Below, piece after piece: positions 1-29,283 of a stretch of 64,000 nt of DNA. Each line of letters opens with the position of its first letter. Within the stretch, counting starts at the first letter, position 1. A model generated the notes under the pieces. That model was not told the origin of the DNA and ran no database searches. It was given only the letters and a program-made list of their open reading frames with translations. The translations under genes and the position numbers were made by a program. Origin of the DNA: Mytilus trossulus (Eukaryota); NCBI RefSeq assembly GCF_036588685.1, contig NC_086376.1, positions 58,218,001 through 58,282,000 on the forward strand, read 5' to 3'.

Positions 1-214
1 GTTTGAAGCCATCAAGTAAAAGATGAGAGGAACCTCATGCTCTATATATACTTCATATGCATGCGCAGGAATGTTGCAACATAGAAATAAAATTCTAAAT
101 TAGTGGCTAGTGGGAGATAAGATGGTGAATAAGTTGAAAAAATAGCCTTTTACATCTTTTGCAGTGAGGCAGTGAAAACACTGATATCTTACCGGACTAT
201 AGTTTGAACAGACA

Positions 215-14954
<14,740 letters not shown>

Positions 14955-17900
14955 ATAAAGAGTAATAAATTAAGGAGGAGACCGACATCATAATGATAGT
15001 TTCTGACTTAAATCTAGAAATCGACAATCAGGGTTGATTGTGAACTGCATTTGATATTTTTAACTATCATGTTTTGTTTGTTCACTCATTGTTGTAAATT
15101 TTATTGAATTTTATACGAATGTCATACTATTATTTTACTTTTAAACCCTAGTTGGAAGTCGTCCGTCTGTTTCATTTCTTCGAATAAGATCCAGATATGG
15201 TGCAGATCTTTTATCTTCATTTACTTTCTCACTTTCACTTTCATTGACAGTCACTTAATTGTGAAACATATGATGATAAAAGTTCTTAATATACATGAAT
15301 TAGAAATTAAAGAACTAAACAAGATGTTTATGTTTTGTTGAAAAGGGTTTGTATGAATATTGCTTTACATGAATACAAACAATAAATGGTCCAGTATGTA
15401 TTGATAAGAAGAAGTCATTAGAGGTTACGACTTTAAAGCAAGCAAAATTAAAAGTAACACCGTAACACAACGATCTTTGTTTGAAATGAAGTTTGTCTAG
15501 ACAAAAATATAATCTCAAGATAAAAAGAAAAAAATATTTGCACATTGAAATAGCCAGTAAAATAAGATATTACTTTATATTCATTGCCAATAATTTACAA
15601 TGCGACTTAAAGTACAGGAAATAATTAAATACGTATATACCATCGATTTCGTATGTATTACAATTAATTCTAATGTATACACCTACCGCGTACAACGCCA
15701 CATTAAGGGTGTTAGCTATGTTTGATACAGGATGCCGATTTTAAAGTAAATAAAAAGGTTCATTTTATTAAAAGTAGAATTTCTCCCTTATTAGAGGTTT
15801 CCCGATTTGCTACGGTAACAACCGCAGTACGAACTGTGAGCCGTCATTGAACTTTGAAAATAATTCATATATGTCCTTTTAAATGTCAATGTATGTTTCA
15901 TATTGTTATAAATGTGAAAAGAAATATAAATAATCTAGAACCCACGAAGGTCATCATTCCACAACAACAATATGCGCAATATGATTGGAAAAAATAAAAA
16001 CAAGACTAAAATATTTCTATCATGTTATGTAGTCTTATGTAGACGAAACGCGCGTATGGCGTACTAAATTATAATCCTTGTACCTTTGATAACTAATTAT
16101 GAACAGAGCCTTACACACCGTGTGATTAATAAAATTATGACAACATATCTCATAATAATCAAATATCATTTATATATTTTGTTTCCACCTTCATCTCATA
16201 TCTAAACACTGAATAAAATCGTTAGGCACATAAAAATGCTCATTTGTGAACAGTCAGACATATGTCACAGTTGATCATTGTGTAATTCTTTAAAATTAGT
16301 ACAAAAATAGTTTACTATAACCATTAATAATTTTCTTTGTTCGTTCTATAAAGGACAACTAACTGTAACATGGGACTCATCTTCAATAGATTTTGATATA
16401 TGCAATGTAAATATACAGGACGCCCGACGCGTACGATGCGTTCAAAATTTGTACACCGAATGTTCAAAATGTTAACGTCATGTATTCCTGCTTAGAGACG
16501 TGTTCAAAGTTTTAACGTTTGTGTTTCAAATATTAACATTTGTGTCCAGACCGTTGGACACCGGTGTTCAAATTCTGTTCTCGAAAAGAACATAGTCGTT
16601 TATCCAATTTTCTATCCTTTCAATTGGCAAATTCATCAAGGAATTCTTTTAAAGAATATAAACAGTGGGATTTCCAGTGACACCAGAACAATAGAAAAGT
16701 CACTCTTCTTATGAAAGAGATAGAAAAGGTCTAAAAACAGGAGAGACAATTTACGCATAAAACCCGATATGCATAGGGATGAATATCTCTTAAAACACAA
16801 AACCATTATATAACTTTTATACAACCACTATAAATAAAGTATATGTTAAAGCTAAATTTGTTACTATATGATTTTTTAATTGCCAAACATGCTGTAAATT
16901 GAACCACCTATTGTTCAACATTGGGGTATGTAAAAAACTGCCACATTTGACTGCATATTTTTCTTTTTTTTTGAAAAAAATATATATCAAACCTTAATAA
17001 TGTAGCTCTCTGTGTATCCAATTTTTAACGTGTTCCGAAATGTAGTTTCGTCACAAGAATTTTTCAAAGTTGTGTCATTTTGTCTATATGAATGTCGGTA
17101 AATTCGTATGATCGAGCACACCGACAAGTATATCGTTGGGACAACTCGATATAATGTAATCAATATACGATTACCTAATGTGAAGTTTATCAAAATCATC
17201 ATAACATAATTGATCAGCACATTATGTTTGAACAACATGAGTCCTACAATATAAGATTTTAAAGGTGCATATCATTTACATTCAACGTTTTTATTGGATT
17301 TTTTTTTACTACAATGTAACCTCGAGGTTCAATGTTGATTGTAAAAAAAAAATCCCAGAAAATGTTTGAATGATATTGTAAATGATATTAACCTTCAAAT
17401 TCTTATAATATCGGAATAGAAAATATGTGATCCGAATTAACCATGCACGTGTGTTACAGAAGATTATGAACTTTTATGATGAACAGGGGTTTTTCTTAAA
17501 CAATATTATTATCCCAAATTTAATGAATTTTGTTTGGCAATATTTTAATATAAACACTACATATAGCAAAGTATATATTAAATCTCAATGTATTATTATT
17601 AGGAAAAATGTTTGACTCGGTAAAAAAAAATCTCCCCCCTCCCCCCGTATTGCATGTAAAGGTTGAAACCTAAAGAATTCGCACTAACTGCCTAAAAGGG
17701 GTCCGCTCCAGTCTTGAATCATTAATTGTGTTTGTCATAAACAAAATATTGTCTCACACTGAAAGGGGCAGCCGGGCAACCTGTACAGCCCAGCTTGTCA
17801 AAACAACTAAGATTTACAAAACATTACAGACAAAAACCATCAGTTGGACAATCTTACTGGAATCTGATTATCTCTACTGATAAATAATGCAACACTTATG

Positions 17901-19931
17901 ACACATTTAAGTTTTGGAATGATTTTATTCACAAAGAATGTTTCTCATTGGTAAACATTTCTATGCTCTTGTCTTTTCGGAGTTTATATTGGAAATTAAA
18001 AATTGCTGCATGAAAGACACAAGCTCCACATTCCTATGCATATGATTGTCATATGTATGAGAATCATTCTATAAAATATCCGTTTGATATCCTTTCAATG
18101 CATGACACTGTCTAGTGATTTTTCTACCACAATTACAAGGAAAACCTGGCTAAACTTGTGCCAAATCAACCACTTGAAGGCATCGCTATTGATGTTAAGC
18201 AAATATTTAAAGGGCCTTCCGGAACTGTTGGGTTTTATGACAGTCTTCCTTCCATACAGACCATCGCTGCAAAATAATTTGAACATTCAATTATATGATT
18301 ATAATATTATTTGGCAATCCAAAGAGAACCTGAAAATATCAGACCACAATTAACAGACCCCCCCCCCCAAAAAAGCCAATTTTACTTTACAATGAAATTG
18401 AAAAAGTAGTTAGTTGCATGTCAAATCATCTTTTGGCTATCGACAACAAATAAATAAAATCTATTTTTCGTAGCATTTAACCCCCCCCCCTTTTTTTTAC
18501 TGAATTTGTTCAAGGTGTGATGGTTTTACCCATTTTCAAATTTCAGTATGTCATGTTGTATATCTTTTATAAATTAGATGGATTTCTAGCAAGTTTCTAC
18601 GATATTCTTTATCATTTGACAAAATACTATGCATCTGAATAAAATTGTTTACTATTTGAAAAAGCCCGCCTTCTTTCACTTTAATTTACTCCCCTTTATT
18701 TCACATAGCAACAAATATTAAAAACTGCCACATTTGACTGCATATCAATTTTTTTCCCCAAAAAAAATATATGTCAAGCGGCATAGTTAACTTTACAAAT
18801 TGGAAGAAAATCAAGATGTTCCGACTATAGGTTAGTATTAAAAAAAAATAATGAAAGGATGGCAAGATTACAGGTTTGAGCCCTGACGACACTTAAAATC
18901 GAAAATTCACTTATTTACCTATCATATGAAAATACGATGATATGGTAAACTTAACAATTAATAATTTACCTGGTGCATTATCATATTCACATTACGTTGA
19001 CACGTCTTAGTTCGTCTGTGTTAGCTCATTTCAAGCTCGTAAACAATGTACAACATTTTCCGCTGATCTTTACCGATTACCTCTAGTCATAAGAGCGCAC
19101 TGTTTACAGGGGAGGTAATATTTTGTCACCGGTTCACGCACTGTAAATTGATACGCAGGGTGTTGATCTTATAATATTTTAGTAATTGTCAAATGTTAAA
19201 CTTCCATGCTGGCATATATGTACAGTTTATGAATTTATTTCATTATTACTAGTTTTACTTATGAGTGAAATAATTATGCATATCAATGAGGACTGTTATG
19301 ATAATAATGTGAAAAAAATTTGTCGATGTCATACATGTGAGGGGTATAGCTATCAACCAGTTTTAACTCTCTATTTTCATCATTGGAAAATGCATGTACC
19401 AAGTCCGGAGTATGATAGTTGTTTGACAGTGGTTTGGTGTGTATGAGCTTTTGATCTTGCTTTTGTTTAAGAGCCTTTCGGTTTTTGTTTTATTTTTATT
19501 TTACTATTCACTAAAAAGACAGAAGATTTGAAAATGTGGGCAATAAGTACATGAAAAAGCCAAAAGAAACTTCGAAAGACCTACAATTTTCAAATTTCAA
19601 AAACATATGCTCGACGTCACACTGAATTGCCAGAATTTTATTGGAAGTACATTTATAAGATACTTAGTGTAAATTAAATAATTTAGTGTATACACTTTTT
19701 TATTATGAAATTGAATACATATTATACAATATAAATCCACATTTTTACTAATAGGAATCAAAAGCAACCATTACGTGTTTATATTAATCTGTCTCCGATT
19801 GAGACAAAAAAAATATATTAACATATACGTCTGGGATTTTTAATAGTTTAAACGTTTGAGAACAGTCTCATGAAGCACGATTTATATTTTTGTTTCAACT
19901 GAACAGCAACATACAAAATTTCTTATCACAG

Positions 19932-20955
19932 GTGATGCAATGACAGATATGTATAGGAAAAATGTCATGTTTTAGACTCGCTACCGAGATAATGATAACT
20001 CAAAAGACTTTTGTGCTAAGGAAAAGTTGAGTGGTTGGTGGCATGCTTCATGTACGATTTCTAATTTCAATGGCATGTATGGTGTCGTTTTAAAAGAGGG
20101 ACGAAAGATACCAAAGGGACAGTCAAACTCATAAATCTAAAACAAACTGACAACGCCATGGCTAAAACTGAAAAAGAGAAACAGACAAACAATAGTACAC
20201 ATGACACAACATAGAAAACCAAAGAATAAACAACACGAACCCCACCAAAAACTAGGGGTGATCTCAGGTGCTCTGGAAGGGTAAGCAGATCCTGCTCCAC
20301 ATGTTGCACCCGTCGTGTTGCTTATGTTATATCAAATCCGGTAAATAGTATAATTTGGTAGGTCACATTCATGAAAGGGAAGGGGGTAGTAGTTACGACG
20401 TAAGGAACACATCCGATATCATTTGTGGAACGGTTATTCCATAACGGTCAACTAACCGGTGATGGCGTCCGTAAAATTTACGAAGGGATGATTTCAACTG
20501 CACCATTTGAAACTCTTGGTTTAATAGCTTCCTTGTGAGCAGCAACCCTCTATCAAAAAAATCATGATTGGAAATGCAAGCACGGAAATATCTTATCAAT
20601 TGGGAGATATATACCCCGTATGCAGGTGCTGCTGGAATGTGGCTACTTAGATATGTAAAGTTCACAATTGGAAAGCTGAAATCATCTCTTTTGTCGTAAA
20701 GTTTTGTTTTCAACCGACCCTCATTGTCAATTTCTAGATGTAAGTCAAGATATGAAGCCAACTGAACTGTATCTGTAGTATCTTTTTTCTCTAGTTTAAT
20801 GGAATAGATGCGTTCCACATAGTTACCAAATTTTGAATTATTTAGTGAAAGAACATCATCTATATAGCGGAAAGTAGAGTTAAAGGGATACAGCAACCTT
20901 TGGAAAAGAATTATATGGACTGAGACGTAATAGAATAATGATCAAACCAAACTGA
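19932..20955 (+). pseudogene. Orphan duplicate of the terminal FReD exon with nonsense codon and retroelement insertion
   Basis: tcacag|GDAMTDMYRKNVMF*(TAG 19973-75)TRYRDNDNSKDFCAKEKLSGWWHASCTISNFNGMYGV; insertion ~20095-20887; resumes ..TACAGCAAC..ATGATCAAACCAAACTGAATAAA, matching gene A's exon end and 3' flank. Confidence 0.9.
20095..20887 (-). mobile_element. 5'-truncated Penelope-like retroelement (RT C-terminal half plus 3' region)
   Basis: ORF 20393-20896(-): FRYIDDVLSLNN..ASYLDLHLEID..TKLYDKRDDFSFPIVNF..PAYGVYISQLIRY, i.e. RT YIDD motif and PLE-type thumb; its 3' region recurs at ~7683-7915, ~33290-33480, ~49600-49775. Confidence 0.8.
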
Positions 20956-21073
20956 ATAAAGAGGAATACGTAACGAAGAAGACCGATATCATAATGATGG
21001 TCACATTATTGATGTATACCTCTTAGGAGTCAAACATTTCTTGAATTTAACTTTTTTCTTAACCTGATTTGAA

Positions 21074-21648
21074 GGTAGTGTGGGAGTCTAAAATAAAAAA
21101 GATAAAATGTGTTCATACTTTGCCAAACCGTAGTATCTATTAATAAAAAAATATGTTCAAAAATAGTTTAAAAACGATAGGTCACAGCGCATTTACTCAA
21201 GCTACAGGTTGTGACAAAATGACGCATTTTGTTTGGATTATACAGAAAAAACACCATTTCTTGATTAGAAACATAACAAAACGATAGTAAAATAAATTAG
21301 GAAAAAAATGCTTTTAGACAATGTTTTGAGCATATCAAAAGAGAAGATAGGGTCACCTTTCGGTTGTTTTTTTTTACTAAAATACAAAATAGGAAATTCT
21401 ATGAATAATCCTTTCAAAAAATGTACTGTTTTAGAATTACCTCCCCAGAAAATGCCAATTTAAAAACATTTAAAACAACCAAAAATAATCAATGCTTGTA
21501 AAAATAATAATATCTATAAGTTATATTTTTATAAATTTGTTCTTTTAAATTAAAATCCACATTGAATATCTGCATTCCTGCTAGACAATCTGGAACTTAG
21601 TTTCTGTGTTTTTTACAATCCAAGATGGCAGAAGACACCCAAACCACC
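21074..21648. mobile_element. Non-autonomous TIR element at a TTAA site (Kolobok-like)
   Basis: TIRs GGTAGTGTGGGAGTCT / AGACACCCAAACCACC, flanked by TGAA and TTAA. Confidence 0.6.
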
Positions 21649-24600
21649 TTAAAGTTGATGTTACTTACTGTGAGAAAGGTATTGATGAAGAAAGTTCATA
21701 TAAGGTTGCACTTATCATTTAACTATTTGAAAGTATCCTGTTTTAATGACTTTGCCAATTTTCATCAGATGTTTAATGATTATGTTTTTGTCTTTAGTTT
21801 TTCGTTGTTCTTTAATGTTTCTGTTGTTTCGTTGTTTTTCTTTTATAGTTGATGTGTTTATCAAAGTTTTAGTTTGTTTACCGAATTGTTTTTCTCTCAA
21901 TCGATTAATGAACTCCGAACAGCGATATTTGGCTATTCTCATGAAAAAGATTACAGTTTCACAATTTAACTTTTTTTCACTAAAGAATTTAGAGATCCAA
22001 TATCATTAAATTCAACTTAAAAAAGCTATTGGTAGGCGTCAATATTAGAAATTTTAAACAAATATTTCTGTCATTTTGTCAAAATTGTGGCAGCATATTG
22101 CACTCATAACAAATGAATAACAAACAGCATGTGTACCATTTAAAAGTCTAGAAGTGTTTTAGATAAATGAAATATATTAAATGCATGACAATATGATAAC
22201 ATTCATTATTCTGCAGTAGTCAATATACGCATGTGAAAACAAATTTTATTGGATTAAGAGCATGGGTCTATTATTCCCAAAGCCAAAACACGTCATATTA
22301 GAATTGGTCATAAAATTGTAATACTCAAAATGTGATAGTGTTTGTGTTTTTCAGTCTATATCTCATCCGATTTCTAAGTACAGAATATTGAGTCATTGTT
22401 TATATATAGTCTCGTATGTTTTTTTTCTTCCAATTGTGGTTCATTTATATTTTAGCTGTACATTGTGTCGTCAATATTTGCTGAACTATTGAACATTATT
22501 GTTTAGGGGTCATCTGAAGCCCGCGTCCGGTGCGGCTTTTTCTCAGTGTTGGAGACCAATGTGTTGCCATTAGCTGATGTCTGCTCTTTGTTCTGGTTGG
22601 TGTCTCTTTGACTCATTCCATGTTTCGATTCTCTTTTTATCTAGTTTTCTATGTAATATTTAATCTATGTCTTTAGTTTATTTAATACAAATGAAATATA
22701 TTTACAAGAATCAAAATTATTAATAGAAAATTTGATTTGTCCAAGGACAATAACTTAAACACTACTGGTATGTCCTTAACAATATTTTGTAAATATCATG
22801 AATAAATGATGGCTTGAGACCAAATGCTATCCAATTTGAGATATTATTTGTGTTTACAGTCACATATTTTTTTTAAACATATTTAATCGAACTTAATCGA
22901 CACTGAGTTTCAAAATTATCCAAATGTTGTTGATATGAATAAAGGAAAATGTAGTAGACCGTTGTTCAATTGTCATAAATCCATTAAGCAAAACCAAATC
23001 CGACTAACAAACTATAACAAAAGGAAACACATCAACCAAAAATATCTAAAAAAAATATACGCCATTGGTGAGTCCTATGCAGACAGAACGCGCGTCTGGC
23101 GTACAACATTTTAAGTTTTCGATCTATGATGAGTCTATACACAGACGTACAACACAACTGACAAATAGAACAATTGTACAAAAAAGTATAACAAAAATAC
23201 CGAAGTCCAGGGAAAATAAGCTGATGTTAATAAAAACTGACAAAATCAAACGATGTCCATATTCCTAACTCGGTACAGGAATTTTCAAAAAAATACTGGT
23301 GGAACAAATCTTGTTTGATAGCTAGCTTAACTTTCCACTGGTATTGTAGTAATGTACATTGCCAATATTTGGTGACCAACTACACATACTTAAAAGGTTT
23401 ATAACACAATAATTGGGAGCCGCCCCAAAACAGTGTAAACATATATTACAGACATACAACACAAACAGAAGGGTAAACAAAATAGAAGAAAAAAACCACT
23501 GTAAAAACATGTTTGTCCGAATTGCATCTCAGGACCAACCTGTAACAGGAAAGATAAAAGGTCAATATTCCACCAGTAGGAAGGGAAATGAAAAAAATCA
23601 CTTCAAATGTCATACAACCAATATAAACACAAAAACACTTAGACAAATAATGGGAAAACTATGACAAAACACTTGCTCATACAAATAAATCTAAAACAGA
23701 CGCCAACCTCTTTTTAAGTTGTTGATTGTGCATAAAGTATGAAGAATACACTCTCTTTATTTATCAAATATAAAATTAGAAATATATATAAAGTCAAGGG
23801 TAAAAATAATGAAAAAAACACTATAAATTGCATATGAAATGTGTTTACTATTACTGGACGAGCAGTTTATGCTTTTCTCAAATAAAAGGAACGGTGATTT
23901 TTAGTAAAGTTACAGGAATTCTAAGAAGAACACATTGATGATAATACGCTATGACAGTACGAACTTCTGTCTGAACACCGATATTCATTTTTGTATGTTG
24001 TCGACCAATAGTTTAAATCTCGCAATTGTTCTTTGAATTTTGGTACACATATTATCCTAAACTTATACAAAATTCGATCGGTTATGTCTTAAAAAAGTGA
24101 AAAGAATATATTTGTTAATTAGATAAAAAAAAATTAACGCACTATAAATCAAATTTCTATTGGTCTTAATTATCTTAACTCGTTATCCTAAAATGCAATG
24201 CATTATATATGTTATATAAGATGATTAATTCTTTACAATAACATTACATAACAGATTCATAAGATTCCATAATATCGATTGACTAGGGCATTATATATAT
24301 AATGTCGACATACAAGTGTGAGGTTTAGCACTATAAAACCAGGTTTAGTCAACATTTTTTTTTAAATGCCTGTACAAAGTCAGGGATATGACTGTTGTTG
24401 ACCATTCGTTTGATGTGTTTGCCATGTGAATATGCCATTGGATTTGGGACTTTCAATTTTGAATTTTCCTCGAAGTTCAGTATATTTGTGATTTTACTTT
24501 TTCTTTTACTGCACGTACTTCCGTGACTACATCAAAACATATATATAGATTAATAAAACTTTATTTCAAAAGCAATACAACTCATAAGCATTACAGAATA

Positions 24601-26100
24601 TTCATTAAGTGATAATACACATATACATAAACAGTATTAGATAACGAATAATGCCAACATACAATAGTTTAATAAATAAATAACAGTAGTATACCGATGT
24701 ATTAAATTCATACATCGATAGAGAAAAAATAAATCCGGGTTACAAACTAAAACTGAGGGAAACATATCAAATCTAAGAGAACTACGACACAACAGAAACA
24801 CATTATAATGTAAAACACACAGAAACGAAATATTTTATAACAATGGCCATTTTCCTGACTTGGTTCAGGGCATTTTAAGAAAAACAATGGTGGGTTGAAC
24901 CTGGTTAATAACAGTGGCGGATCATGGTTCAAACCATTAATATATTTCGATGTTTCGGCAACAAACCAAATTTACCTTAATTATTGGTTTCTTTTACATT
25001 TTGTACTGTAAATAACTGAAGTTTTCAGACTGAAGGGTTTCTCTAATGGTATTGTTTTATATATCTTTCACGTACATCTTCATATTTCCTACATTTGAAA
25101 TAAAACGATTCGCACCTTCAATTAATTTATCGTTGCGCTTTGAACGATAAAAAAACAAGCAAAAGGCTCGTTTTAAATTAAGACATATCATTCTATGTGT
25201 CTCTGATGTAACTCGGTTTTTCATGGTAGTAGCCTTTTTTGGGGGTAGTTTTGTAGGGTGCAAAAGTGTTGAGCATTCCCACATTATTAGTATGAAGCGA
25301 TTTCTAGTTTCAAATTAAATGTGTGTTCGTCCCGCCTTTACACACAAAAATACCGCAAGCATTCAATTCTTTACAACTTACTTTAGTCTCTACTGTCATT
25401 AACTTACAGGTTGATAAAAATAACTTTAAATTACAGAGATGGTAAAATTATTTTTTTATTGGAACGGACTGTTTCATTTACGTTGTAACTAATTTATCCT
25501 TGTAGTCTCAATATAGGTAGAACACCAGATGATGAATGTCTAAAATCATCTAATTTTCTTTACCTTATTAGTCAACATTTGACATGAATTTAGTGACAGG
25601 AATATCTCTGTTTAAGTGTTATATCCATCGCTTTACCTGTCAAACTTCATCTGGTTACCAAATATTGAATTAGCCATACCAACAAATCGATCGTGATCAA
25701 ATTTTTCACCCACTTATATGTTTGGGTAAATAATGTCTTGTTTGTATTATTATATAACCTATGTATGTTTCTTGAGTAATATATCACTGTTATTTTCGGA
25801 CATGACATGAAACAAATGAGTTAATGGCGTGTGTCTGGTTAGTCTAATCAATTAGAGATACGTCCTTGTCTTTATCTAGTGCAAAACGGAGATTGGTATT
25901 GCAGGTAGTAGATACCCTGAAATATAGTAACAGTACAGTACTATATACTTAGACAATATATAGATATGCTTCTAAAAACATATTTTCGAAGGTCATAGTT
26001 GATGAATAAAGATTAATTTGGCAAAACTTTTAGGAATTTTGGTACACAATGCTCTTCAACTTCGTACTTTATTTAGCATTTTTAAGGTTTTGGTATTCGA

Positions 26101-26144
26101 GCGTCACTGATGAGTCTTTTGTAGACGAAACGCGCGTCTGGCGT
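26101..26144 (+). ncRNA. Minimal type I hammerhead ribozyme (family L)
   Basis: GCGTCA-CTGATGA-GTCT tttgt AGAC-GAAA-C gcgc G-TC^-TGGCGT; within retrozyme fragment ~26015-26185. Confidence 0.88.
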
Positions 26145-28046
26145 ATATACTAAATTTAGTCCTGGTATCTATGATGAGTTTATTGTTATACCTTTTATGG
26201 GTCAGACAGCATCTTGGGTTTTTATACTTCCCTTGAATATCTTTATATTTGAAACGTTCCGTGAAATTTAGAGTCATAATCTTTAGATTTTTTTTAATCT
26301 TTTCCTTATATGATCTGCACATATACTCTGATGAGCTTTATTCAACCTTTACTGCCAGTATGATATGATATGACATTTGAAAGATCTACAGCAAATCAGT
26401 ATAATATTTTAGCGATATAAAACTTTATTTCTCTCCTATAAACTTCTATTTCTAAGACTCTTTTAAAAAATCAAAAACACTATCTCGTCAATCGAAGCTT
26501 ACAATAAGGGGTTTGTAAGGGCATATTTTTTATATTTAGCTTCTAAAATACTGATCAAAATCCAAAGATGAATACGCAAGGTTTGAATTCATCCAATTGT
26601 CGGATATTTTGACCAACAACATATCTGTTGAGTTTAGTTGAATTATTTGAGCTGACAGTCTGTATTTTTATTAGCATTAGTTGTTCATCCATAAAAGCTG
26701 TATAACTTAAACGCAACATAGAGCAACATTCAAACAAAATATATTCAAAGACAAGACATCTTGAAAAGGTTTGTTTTTACCTTCCGATATATTTTTGATA
26801 TTCTGTTACTCAATAACATCATGGTTTTTGGCGCTTACATTTCATATACTAGTTTTGCAGCGAACGCGAAAAGGAAGATACTTACAAAACGAAAATAGAA
26901 GGACTGCTTCATTACTTTATAACTCTAGATATTGAAGCAGATGGCCTATTTCAAAGAAAACAGTTTTTAATTACGGCAATAGCAGTTTAATAATAGTCAA
27001 ATCTCATTTATTGATTAATCAAGTTAATGAAATAATCATGAAGGTACAATAAAATGGCTGTGTCGACAGACTTATCCGTATTATTAGTTACATAGTGTGT
27101 TAGTGACCTAATATGATATAAACAGGGTCACCCCAGCTTTACGTACAATGGGCGTTTTTCTTCTTTGCGTGCAATTTATCAACGTTGACAAACGCTAGAC
27201 ATACGACAACATTTGTTATTTTAACGCCCAATAAACGCGTATATAAACTTCTCGTACGCCCTAAATACGCTGAAAGCTCGTTGTGAACACAATATAGAGA
27301 TGACTGACTTGTTAGTTGAAAGCGTCTAAAACTTCTGGCGTATTGGAAGTGTACATGTGTTTGACCACGCTCTGCGTACGTCGGTGCTATACGCTGATGT
27401 GTGACGCCGACGGGAAAAGACTCATCAGTGACGCTCAGATCAAAATAGAAAGAAGTAAAACAAATACAAAGTTGAATGAATACGCTTTAAATTTGTTTTT
27501 TTATAACGGGGTTTTCCGTTTTGAATTGTTCTCGGAGTTCAGTATTTTAAGAACAAAGAATGAACGTATTTTAGAGCATATTTTACAAGTTTTAGATGCT
27601 TTACTAGTAGACATATAATTCAAGTACATGCAACAATTAAACAATATTCACAATTACGAGTCCAGATATTTTTTGTTTGTCAAATTCTTTTCTATTTACT
27701 TTATCTTGGTATCAATAACATATATATAGAGACGGCCATCTTATAACAAGTGCATTGACACAATAAAACCTTTGTTTTCGGGAATTAATGCACCTTTTAG
27801 CTCTGTTAAATAAAGATTTTCAATTTTATCCTTTTTTGCAATCCTTAGTACATTATGTATACTAAAAGGAGTTTTCTTTGTCGTAAAACACTGAGGGGTT
27901 GTCAGAGTTGGTGAAATAAAAGACCGACCATAGGGAACTCTTATGGGCAACCCTGACCCTCAAAATTTTGTATGTAACAAGAAAACCTTTAAACATGCGT
28001 TATCTGACAGAAATATCGGCAACATATATAATGCTATGCAATATGA

Positions 28047-28302
28047 AAAAGAAGATATGGTATGATTGCCAATGAGACAACTATCCACAAAAGACCAAAA
28101 TGACACAAACATTAACAATTATAGGTCACCGTACGGCCTTCAACAATGAGCAAAGCCCATACCGCATATAGTCAGCTATAAAAGGCCCGATAAGACAATG
28201 TAAAACAATTCAAGCGAGAAAACTAACGGCCTTATTTATGTAAAAAAAGGAACGAAAAACAAATATGTAACACATAAACAAACGACAACCACTGAATTAC
28301 AG
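28047..28302 (+). repeat. Interspersed repeat (AAGAAGATATGGTATGATTGCCAATGAGACAAC family)
   Basis: Related copies near 3455-3560, 39247 and 57608-57900. Confidence 0.65.
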
Positions 28303-29283
28303 GTAAACATTTTCTATATCCTATTTTACCGCTCACATTAACATTCTTTTCTCAAGTAACGAGTACATGCCAATTATAATGTGAAATAATCTAGCTTATT
28401 ATAACGTTAGTCATTACTTTCCAATGACGTTCAAGTTATTACTTTAAATGTGTGAACCAAGAAACAAATGAAATTTGTACGTTGTTTAAAAAACAGAAGT
28501 CACTTGGGAAGTTCTTTAGCATAATTATTCACTTGATAAAAGAAAGTGCTAAGTAACAGATAACATTTTAAAAATTTTCAACAAATTATTACTATTAACT
28601 ATTTTGTTTTATCATTTCTTCGACTTTAAGAATATTATAAAGTTCACGTGTAACAAAAATAAATATTTGGTTATCATATAGTGTAGAAAAATGTTAAAAA
28701 TAAAAATTATATACAATCTTAATGTTAATGTAGCATGGGAAAGGAAATCCACATATATATCATAGTACGATTTCAAACATAGTGTAAATCTACAACACTG
28801 TACTACCATGCCGAACAAGTATGACTTTTGATATCAAGTTGTAAATACTAGTATTTCAGTCTAATTCGCAGAGAAAAGGGCTATTGCGAAACCTTTAATG
28901 ATGAAAATACAGTAAAAATCACAATTGTAAAAACACATGGTAATTATCAAATCAAGAAATTGTTAACAAACAGGTTTGTTTTGTAATTAGGGTTTAAAAT
29001 AAAATTACACAGGACATAGTTATGCCTTCAAGTAAATTTAAATGAAAGATCGTATAGTCCAAGTTGTTTCTTCTATAGAACGACTTATCACACTTATCTG
29101 AAAGGAAAACTCTTTTAACATAATAATTTTTTCAAATAGTTCATGATTCTGCACCTGATCTTAACAATTATTGGGAGTTCGTGCAAATATGTCACTATGT
29201 GAATAAAATGAAATTGCACAAATATCTATCGGAATCAACAAATGTCTATCCATCGTCAATATATCTTAATTCAGTTCAAACTA

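Noticed and set aside
26839-26912. Minus-strand signal-peptide-like exon MKQSFYFRFVSIFLFAFAAKLVYE with gtaagc donor
   Set aside because: No recognisable downstream coding exons; hydrophobic ORFs arise easily in T-rich DNA. RNA-seq could revive it.
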